Positions 40,561-48,942 of a stretch of DNA of 64,000 bases are shown here, piece by piece; the first letter of the stretch is position 1, and each line of letters starts with the position of its first letter. The notes below the pieces were generated by a model that saw only the letters and a list, made by a program, of their open reading frames with translations, made no database searches and was not told the DNA's origin. Source of the stretch: Terriglobia bacterium (GTDB lineage Bacteria; Acidobacteriota; Terriglobia; 20CM-2-55-15); assembly GCA_965218585.1 (NCBI GenBank), contig CBDCLE010000026.1:160001-224000 (forward strand). The letters run 5' to 3'. Position numbers and translations under genes: made by a program.

Positions 40561-42297
40561 CCCGCATATTTCACCAATAGGACCAGAAAAGGCCGCCCTG
40601 TCTGGCATAAAGCGTTTTGGAATAAACGTTTAACAAGCCAAACGGAGACGGCCCTTATGAGAACAGAGTGTAACCAAGTCACGTTCGAATTTCACGGACT
40701 ACTTCATCGAAAAGTGAAGGCGCGTTTTGACGGCGGAAAGATCACCTCCGACGCTGGGGTTCTGCTGTTGCGGGAAGTGGAAAAGCGAACCGGGTTGATC
40801 GACGGACTGGCCCAGTGTTTTACCGATCACCGGACCAGAGGTTGATCGAACACACGGTAAAGGAATTGTTGGGGCAGCGTGTCTATGGGCTCTGTTTGGG
40901 ATATGAAGACCTGAACGATCACGACCAGCTGCGGACCGATCCGATGCTGGCCGTGGCAGTGGAGAAGGCCGATCCTTTGGGAGAGAGCCGACGCCAGGCC
41001 GGGGACCGGGGAAAGGCGCTGGCGGGCAAGTGTACGCTCAACCGGCTGGAGCTGAGAGGGGCTGAGGCCGATGGCCAGGAGCGGTACAAGAAGATCGTCA
41101 TGGATGAGGACCGGATTGAGGGCTGGATGGTCGATGCGTTTCTAGCCGCCCACGACACGGCACCGGAAGAGATTGTTCTGGACATGGACGCGACCGATGA
41201 TCCGATCCATGGTCAACAGGAAGGCCGGTTCTTTCACGGCTACTACCGCCGCTATTGCTATCTGCCTTTGTACATCTTCTGTGGCGAACATCTGTTGTGC
41301 GCCCGTCTGCGCCGATCCAATATCGATGGTGCCGATGGAGCGGTGGATGAGTTGAAACGTATCATCGGCCAGATCCGTCACGGCTGGCCGGAAGTGAGGA
41401 TCATCATCCGGGCCGATTCCGGCTTTTGCCGGGATGAATTACTCCGTTGGTGTGAGGTCCATCAGCTCGATTACGTGATCGGGTTGGCCAAGAACGACCG
41501 TCTCAAGCGAGAGATTGCTCAAGAAATGACTCAGGCCGAAGCGGAGTTTAACACCACCGGAAAACCGGCGCGGGTGTTTAAGGATTTCCAGTACCGGACC
41601 CTGAAGAGCTGGAGCTGCACCCGACGCGGCGTTGCCAAGGCCGAGTTCCTGAACAAGGGTGCCAATCCTCGATTCGTGGTGACCTCATTACCGACAAAAC
41701 GCCTCGCCGCCCAAGCTCTCTATGAAGATTTCTACTGCGCTCGCGGTGACATGGAGAACCGCATCAAGGAACAACAACTGGATCTGTTTGCCGACCGCAC
41801 CAGCGCGGCGACGATGCGTGCCAATCAGCTCCGGCTGTATCTATCCTCAGCCGCTTACATGCTCATGCATGCACTGCGTCGTCTGGGGCTCAAGGATACC
41901 CCGCTGGCCCGCGCTCAATGCCAGACCATCCGCCTGAAGCTTCTCAAGATCGGCGCTCGCATCCGCCTGACGGTCCGCAACGTCTGGCTCTCGATGTCGG
42001 AGGCCTATCCCTACGCCGAAGTCTTTGCGACCATCCTTCGCAACCTGCAGTCGATTCCTCTGCGGTGCTGACACAGGACCCCGATCCACGGCTCCAAAAT
42101 AGACTTGTTTCTTTCTCCGACGGAGAGCTCTGCCTGACTACCTTATCCAGGCCTCCTTCAAACCCCAGAAACAAACCCACTCATGGCCAGCGACACCCTG
42201 ATTGTCCCCATCCGTGCCTTACCGGAACCCAGACTCTCCCAACGCCCACTCTTCCGCACGAAAACGCGCTTCATTCACGATTGGTGAAATATGCGGG
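40561..42297 (+). mobile_element. IS1380-family element (transposase 40657-42071, frameshift at ~40832)
   Basis: Perfect 18-bp TIRs CCCGCATATTTCACCAAT, CTAG on both sides; TSDAG, LDMDAT, RADSGF and RGDMENRIKE motifs. Confidence 0.95.
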
Positions 42298-42610
42298 CTA
42301 GGCGTTCGAGGTCTTTCTTGATAACGCCGAGGTGCGTAACGTTTCGAGCGAGGCGGTCTACATCGTTGATCAAGACGGTGTCGAACGAGCCGCTCGACGC
42401 TGCGTTGCGTAAGCGGCCCAATGCCGGGCGCTCCAACACGCCGCCGCTCCAGCCTTCGTCCTTGAAGACGCCCACAACCAACCACTGCCGGTCTCTTGCG
42501 AACCGTTCCAACTCGGCGACCTGGGATTCGATGGTCTGATCTTCCCCTTGTTCTTCGGTCGAGACGCGCGCGTACAGCGCGACGCGTAGCTTTTCTTTTT
42601 TCTCGGACAT
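42298..42610 (-). pseudogene. Serine recombinase N-terminal fragment truncated by IS1380
   Basis: ALYARVSTEEQ, DEGWSG, ERPAL and DRLARN motifs. Confidence 0.88.
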
Positions 42611-42649
42611 CGAACAGGGGTTAAGAGTCGGAGCGAGCGGAGGAAGGGC

Positions 42650-43021
42650 CTAGATTTCTATCAGCCCTACACTGATCTGGAGGGCTCGATCGACATGGGC
42701 CATTGTCTCGGCACGCAGCTTACCTAATCGTTTCACGAGCCGCCGCCGGTCGATCGAACGGATCTGGTTCAGAAGCACTATCGAATCGGACGTGAGGCCG
42801 CCTTCGCGTGCCTTGATCGCGACCTCCGTCGGATACAACTTGTCGTCGATCTTCGAGGTGAGAGCCGCCACGATTGTGATTGGACTGTGCCGATTTGCAA
42901 CGTCGTTCTGCAAAATCAGGGCTGGGCGCGTTTTGCGAATCTCCGCGCCCAGCGTTGGATCAAAATTGACCAGGTAAACCTCTCCCCGATAGGGTTGGGT
43001 TACCTTGCTTCGCTCGGCCAT
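42650..43021 (-). CDS. mazF: PemK/MazF-family endoribonuclease toxin
   Basis: RGEVYLVNFDPTLGAEIRKTRPALILQND and QIRSIDRRRL motifs. Confidence 0.93.
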   Translation of the reverse strand: MAERSKVTQPYRGEVYLVNFDPTLGAEIRKTRPALILQNDVANRHSPITIVAALTSKIDDKLYPTEVAIKAREGGLTSDSIVLLNQIRSIDRRRLVKRLGKLRAETMAHVDRALQISVGLIEI

Positions 43022-43242
43022 GCTTCTTCATCAAGATTGAACCACTCGGTGACGAGGCTAAGATCGCGGTCGCCCCGGTTCCGGGCGCCTTCTTCGAGCT
43101 GCTGCTTCAACCGGGCACGGCCTAGAGTCTGGACGTACCCGCGAACGGCCCTGTCTACGAGCCGACTCCGTTGGCCCTTGCTGGCGACCTGATCCATCAG
43201 CCGGATGGTTTCTTCCGGGAGGGTCACGTTGATCCGTTTCAT
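43000..43242 (-). CDS. Ribbon-helix-helix antitoxin
   Basis: KRINVTLP...RSRLVDRAV; overlaps the toxin start. Confidence 0.85.
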   Translation of the reverse strand: MKRINVTLPEETIRLMDQVASKGQRSRLVDRAVRGYVQTLGRARLKQQLEEGARNRGDRDLSLVTEWFNLDEEAWPSEAR

Positions 43243-43278
43243 AAGGGTTACCTCCACATTAAGCTGTACTATGAGAAT

Positions 43279-43300
43279 ACACACTATTCGTGTGTGTCAA
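43279..43300 (-). promoter_or_regulatory. TA promoter -35 box with adjacent palindromic operator
   Basis: TTGACA (43300-43295) abutting ACACAC-N5-GTGTGT (43279-43295). Confidence 0.5.
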
Positions 43301-43488
43301 GTCGCGTAGTGTGGATAACTAGCTATTGATCACCTATTTATTGTCCGTATTCTTGCCGATTTTTTGACCCTAAAAAGCGGCTTTCGACGGACTCCGGGCC
43401 GTCGAGGATGATGCGAAAAGCACGCTGCAGCGCTTCTTCGGCTTCTTTCGCCTCTTCCGACGGATCTCTCGCACTGGCTCTCCGGCCA

Positions 43489-43586
43489 ACACTTTCTCTT
43501 TCATCGATCCTCCTCCGATCGCTCCGATCACGAAAGTGTCTCTTAGTTTTGCAGCGATTTCTGTCCGACATGGCTGACGGGCTACA
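43489..43586. repeat. ~100-bp repeat, copy 1 (copy 2 at 53737-53836)
   Basis: Shared TTCATCGATCCTCCT, CGAAAGTGTCTCTTAGTTTT and CTGACGGGCTACA blocks. Confidence 0.8.
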
Positions 43587-43876
43587 ATCCACACCTCCGT
43601 CAGGATCCACGGCCCTCTTCAGGTCGGTGCCGGATGCGTTCAACCCATCTGGGACGGGATCTGGTGCGTTACGCATGGCGGCGGCCCATGCCGCACCCGG
43701 ATCGTCTTTTGAGAGCCTCGCTCGTCTCCGGTTGGGACTTCCGAGCCGGGAACGCCGCTAATGTAAGCTGCCCAGTCCTGGTTGGACTTCTCCGAAGACC
43801 ACGGGATCACATGAGCTGATCACCGAGGGCGACTACTCGCCGCATCTGTCATATTTTGGTCTAACCGGAACCAAGG

Positions 43877-44190
43877 TCACTCCCACTCCCCCTCGGCGTC
43901 CCGCCGTAGGGCCTCGGCGAGTTCCGGATCGCCCTCGCCACGCCGGATCGAGCTCTCCACCAGATCGACCCGCCGTCCCAGATCGGCCAGCCCGGCGGCG
44001 CGGGCGAGACCGTAAAGGCTGGCCGCAACAGCGGCCAGCACCAGACCCAGATGGGCGGAATAACGAGGCCATAGTCGGCGAGGATCAGCCGCCAGAATGG
44101 CGCGAGATACTCCAGGCGCGAACCACCGGCGAGGAAAGCCGCTCCGGTAAGCGCGGCGGTCAGGCCGGCGCTGATTCTCCACGGTTGCAT
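43877..44190 (-). pseudogene. Small membrane protein, copy B (1-nt frameshift)
   Basis: 314 nt versus 315 nt for copy A; reading frame switches near 44055. Confidence 0.7.
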
Positions 44191-44200
44191 CGTCGTTCTC

Positions 44201-45079
44201 CTAGAGCTCGAAGGCGGCCGGGTCCCGCTGGGCCGGACCACGGATGGAAGTCTTGTCGCCGCAGGTGCCCAGTGCCCGAAGCACGCGGGCTTGGGAGCGT
44301 CCGGTGGCGTGCACCACGAAGCCGGCACGAGCCTTGGCCCGGATGGCGGCGGCGCTGTAGTGTCCGGAGGACACCTCGACGTTGACGCGGCCGGTGCGCC
44401 CGTCCTCATCGGTGTACTCCAGCTGCGCATCGGGGTAGTGCACGCGCCCCTGCTCGTCGATGGGCAGGTCCAGTTCCCGTGCGGCGCGGCGCCGCTCGGC
44501 ATCGGCCGCCTGTCGGCCGTCCCGCACCCGCGCGGTTTCGCTACGCCGGGCGACGGCGCTCTTCAACTCGTTGTCGAGCCGGACGCGCCGGAGGGTGGCG
44601 CCGTGTCCGGACAGGCGCTGCTGCTCCCGCCCGCAGGCTCGATAGATGGCGGTGTCGTGGACGATCTGGGCGCGTTGGATGAGACCGGATTCGAATTGTT
44701 GTCCGGAGTCGAGATCCTGCTCGACGGCGATATCGCGGGCGGTGTCCGCCCCTCGTGAAGTGAGGGTCACCACCTGGAATGGATTCCCCTTCGGACCTGT
44801 GGCCGTGGACTCCCGCGCGAGCCCCTCCTCGATCCAGCAGTTGACGGCCCGGCGCGTCGTGTAGGGATGGCCGCCGAAGTGGGCCTCGGCCAGGTCCCGA
44901 AACGAGACGTTGCGGTAGATTCCCACATCGGCCAGGGCGCGCTTGGAACGTTCGCGAAAGGACACCCGCTCGGCGTGCTCCCGGGGGTCGTACTCCCGGC
45001 GATGGCCGTCGCGCATGCGGTAGGCATCGCGGATCTCCGGCGCGGGACTTCGATCCGATTCGATCATGCGGTCGAGCAT
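44201..45079 (-). CDS. wHTH + PD-(D/E)xK replication-relaxation-like protein
   Basis: LTSRG wing; IVHD; YPDAQLEY...VNVEV; own GAGGG RBS; forms the C-terminal part of the 949-aa ORF. Confidence 0.65.
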   Translation of the reverse strand: MLDRMIESDRSPAPEIRDAYRMRDGHRREYDPREHAERVSFRERSKRALADVGIYRNVSFRDLAEAHFGGHPYTTRRAVNCWIEEGLARESTATGPKGNPFQVVTLTSRGADTARDIAVEQDLDSGQQFESGLIQRAQIVHDTAIYRACGREQQRLSGHGATLRRVRLDNELKSAVARRSETARVRDGRQAADAERRRAARELDLPIDEQGRVHYPDAQLEYTDEDGRTGRVNVEVSSGHYSAAAIRAKARAGFVVHATGRSQARVLRALGTCGDKTSIRGPAQRDPAAFEL

Positions 45080-45295
45080 CGTCAATCCCTCAGCGACTCG
45101 GTCCGAAACTCCGCTCCGGAACCGTTGGCGCAACCCCAGGCACGCGAAGCTTTGTACACCTCTGTTTCGGGCGGCCCGAGCAAAGTTTTTAGCTGCGATC
45201 CGGTCGTCCTCCTGGAAGCTGCCTCGAGACGCCATCGAATGAACCAGGTAGTAGTCCGTCGTGATGCCGTCCAGCGCCCCAGGAAGTGTTTCTGG

Positions 45296-46984
45296 AGAGG
45301 AAATCGACTGCGTAGCGACAATGGGGATGCAGCGGCATTGGCGGGTCAGGGCAAAGGATTTTTCATCACCCGAGGGGTCGTCCTCCCCCACCGAAGCGAA
45401 GGCCTGATATTCATCGCAGATAAAGACGGCGGGCCGGAAGTAGACGCCCGGCGACTCCTTCATCCTGGCCGGTCGCATGAGAAGCGCCTGTAGCCAGGCG
45501 TTCTTGAGCATGACTCCCACGGCACGGGCCAGCGCCGGATTGATACCGGCGGGCATGTTCAAGGTCAGCACCTTGCCCCCCTCGATCAGTTCATAGAGTG
45601 GGGGCAGATGGCGCGGCCCGTCGATTCGTTCCTCTTCGACCGGCGGAATCGACGTGGGCGCGGGTTTGTCTCCTTCCCCGCCGCCCGGCTTCTTGTCCGG
45701 CTCCTGGGCGTCCCTGGCCTGGACTGAAATGGCCTGTGGATCGTCGGGGACTTCCGGCGGTCCCGGACAGAACACCCTGGCCACATCCGGCATATCGAAC
45801 ATGGACAGGAACACCGAAACCCCTTCGACAATCGAGGACTTGATTTTGTTGTCCAGCGTTTGCCAGTCATGGACAAACCAGCGTTTGACTGCCGCCACCC
45901 GTTCCCGCACATCGTCGCCGCTTCCGGGCTCCCAGACCACCCGGTAGGTCAGCTTGAGTTCGTCCAGTTTGTTAAGCAACGGACGGCTGTAGACGGCTTG
46001 TTGTTCGTCCGTGTCCGGGGCGTCTTTCCACACCCATTCAGCGAGCTTCATGAGTTGGGCTTTCAACACGTCCTCCGGGACGAAAACCGTTCCTGTGTTC
46101 AACTCGTCGCTGAACTCTTCGGCTCGCTTGATCGTGGCCGCGAAAAGGTCCGGGTCGATGGCACAACTGTAGACCTGCTGCAACGTCACCCAACGCTCCG
46201 GGAGCGCCCGGTGAAGCTCGATAATCCAGCGGACCAGATTGGTATAGGCTTGCTGCCAGAACGGTTCCTTTCCCTTGCCGAATAACTGATTGAGCAGAGA
46301 GGAAACGGTGTAGGCCAGCGAGTAGGAATCGAGCCACCAGGCCAAGAGCGGGTTCCACTGCCAGTGCCCCTTCATTCCCAGCTCGATGTAATCCTTTCCA
46401 CGGCCCGCCTCGATCAGGATTCGGCGGATGTCGTGGCAGAAATCTCCCTTGACTTCGAGCACCAGCGCCGCCGCCCGCTTCTGTGGATTCTCGGCTTGCC
46501 AGCCGAGAAGTTGCCGGGCGAAGGGGTGAATGCACGCCGAAGTTTTCCCGGAGCCCACGGCCCCGAAGATCGCCACTCCGGTATACAGTCCCCGCTCCGG
46601 GATGATGAGCCAGGAAGGATTGAAGATCTCGCGGGCCTCGACCGGATGATGAACCTCGCCGACGACGATTCCGGGGCCCGCTTGTTTGGAAGACAGCGGC
46701 CACACCGGGAGTGCTCCGAAGGGGGCAAAATCCCGCCTCCGGCCCTCCAGCCAGACCTTCCAAACGGACAGGACAATGAGGCCCGTGAGCATGACCAGGA
46801 CGAAGGGGAAAACGTAATACCAGAGCGGTACCCACCCGTAGAAGTTCGGGGTGTAGTAGTCCATCAGATCGAGCAACGGACTCTCCCCCAGCATGGGGAA
46901 GGGATGCCGGACAAAACTCCACACGGCGTACCCCAGCCCGCCGAAAAACAGAAGGATATGAGGAATGAATCGACGCCATTTCAT
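45296..46984 (-). pseudogene. VirD4/TraD-like coupling ATPase, C-terminally truncated and fused in frame
   Basis: Two N-terminal TMs; Walker A GAVGSGKT; EVKGD; Walker B FICDEYQ; VATQS. Confidence 0.8.
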
Positions 46985-47053
46985 AGTGTTTGTCTCTCTT
47001 CCGTCAGCGCCCCGCCGGGGGCGTTTTTCGAGCCTTCCCGCAGGGATCAATTA

Positions 47054-47317
47054 AGGACGATAGCGACCCTCATGGGGCCGGATAGAGCGTGCAACACCTC
47101 GCCTCTATCGGGGCCACATGACCCCGCGCTTTTTAGGGGGGTCGCTATCGTCCTCCCCGATTTCGCTGGATCGGCACGGTGGAGGCCGATTGGTATGGGA
47201 TAACCAAAAAAGAATTAAGGAGATAGGCGGATATGGTCTTGCAACACCTTTTGTCCGAATCCTGCAACACCCCCCTCTCTGAGGGTGTTGCATCCTGGAT
47301 CGGAAGGTGTTGCAAGA
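47054..47317. promoter_or_regulatory. Nested inverted repeats with five TGCAACACC boxes (candidate oriT/ori)
   Basis: Perfect IRs of 16 bp (47054-69/47139-54), 14 bp (47237-50/47304-17) and 10 bp (47263-72/47283-92). Confidence 0.55.
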
Positions 47318-47837
47318 AAAAATCCCTCGAATCATGCCACATTTCCCATTGCTGTTGACCCCCATTACAGGGTTCCTTCGGGACCGGCAAAACGCTCCGC
47401 AAACCACATCCCGTAGTCGTCAATCGAGACCCCTTCCATCACCTTCGCTTCGGGCAGACTTTGGAGCGCCGCAGACCGTTTCATGGCTCCACCGAATCCC
47501 CCGTACCGGGCCAGAAATTCTCGGTCTTTATGGGTCATCGCTTCGTCAATCGCCTTGATTTCCGGATTCACCGTCCGCCCCTCGCCGGGCTCCCTTGGGA
47601 CCGCTGCCGCCCATGCCCGCAACACCCGCTCCGCCCGCTCGACCGTGGAGCGAGACTATGGCCCAGCCGTTGAGGTCTTTCGCCGAGAAGGGTGATGGAA
47701 TCCCCTCGGCCGCTCCCGGTTCGGCTCTATCACCCCTCGGTCTTCGCATCCGAAAGCGAACGCTTCGAACATCCGGTCATGTTCTATGAGAATATACGCT
47801 CTTCGCCGGGAGCCAGAATGAAGGCGGAACCAAAACG

Positions 47838-48878
47838 GTGACGGGCGAAGGGAAAATCGACCGGAACAATAATATGGTGAAGCGATTTTTGAACAAACTT
47901 GATGGTTGGGTCCGCAATAGGACCCATCGCATCCTTGGTTTTCTTGAAGATCGGCTTGCACCGTTCACCTTGATGGTACTTGCAGCCGTGCTTACTCTCT
48001 CGATCTGGTTCTGGGATTCGTGGAGAGGGGAAGAAGAATCTGTCGGCATGGCAATCCGCAATCTTGTTCTGGCCATTGCCGCAATAGCTGCGTTGCCCCT
48101 TGCCATTTGGCGCAGCAAGGTGGCCGAACGTCAGGTTGCCACGGCACAGGGCGGCCTGCTGAACGAACGCTATCAAAAAGGTGCGGAAATGCTGGGCAGC
48201 AAGAATCTCCCGGTCCGTCTCGGCGGTATCTATGCCCTTGCGGATTTGGCTCGTGAGCACCCCGAGGACTATCACACGAAGAGTATGAGTCTCCTCTGCG
48301 CGTTCGTGCGCCACCCGGTCGGGGAATCTATTGAGGCAGCCTTGCCGATAAAAGGCTTAACCCCCGCCGCCGAATTCATACACGGTTGGGATGAAGAAGA
48401 TGAGGCAATCTATGGGGTCGGCAAAGGCCGACCGCTGCGGGTGCGCGAGGATGTTCAGGCAGTCATGACGGCGATCGGTGAGCGCATCGAGGCTCAAATC
48501 AGAACAGAAAAAAGGGAAAACTACAGGCTGGAGTTAAGCGGAACGAAGCTGAGATTTGTGCAGCTGCTCGATGCTGACCTGAACCGTACGAACCTGCTCG
48601 ATGCAGATCTGACCAGTGCGGTGGTGGTCGGTACGTATCTGAAAGATGCGTATCTGAAAGGTGCAAATTTTGAAAGTGCGAATCTGCTCCGGGCGAATTT
48701 GACCGGCGCTGACCTGAGAGATTCTAGAGGTCTCACCCAAGAGCAAATTGATCAAGCGCAGGCGGATTCCGGCAACCCGCCGAATCTAACGGATGTCGTT
48801 GACGCCACGACCGGCAAACCGCTGGTCTGGCGCGGCGACCCATTCCGGAGTGATAGGACAGGAATCAGAACACGATAA
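47838..48878 (+). CDS. Membrane-anchored pentapeptide-repeat protein
   Basis: Two TMs; NERYQKGAEMLGS..VRLGGIYAL; A(D/N)Lxx repeats. Confidence 0.88.
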   Translation: MTGEGKIDRNNNMVKRFLNKLDGWVRNRTHRILGFLEDRLAPFTLMVLAAVLTLSIWFWDSWRGEEESVGMAIRNLVLAIAAIAALPLAIWRSKVAERQVATAQGGLLNERYQKGAEMLGSKNLPVRLGGIYALADLAREHPEDYHTKSMSLLCAFVRHPVGESIEAALPIKGLTPAAEFIHGWDEEDEAIYGVGKGRPLRVREDVQAVMTAIGERIEAQIRTEKRENYRLELSGTKLRFVQLLDADLNRTNLLDADLTSAVVVGTYLKDAYLKGANFESANLLRANLTGADLRDSRGLTQEQIDQAQADSGNPPNLTDVVDATTGKPLVWRGDPFRSDRTGIRTR

Positions 48879-48942
48879 GAATGCGAGATCGGAAACAAGT
48901 ACGTTTTTTCGATTCAAGTGAACCTGCTGGACGCCGCGCCGC

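Noticed and set aside
47054-47317. CRISPR array
   Set aside because: Short boxes in both orientations with irregular spacing; no cas genes; no CRISPR array seen anywhere in the window
47365-47790. Small minus-strand ORFs upstream of the candidate oriT
   Set aside because: Possibly real but short, with uncertain starts and no motifs; not enough support to call
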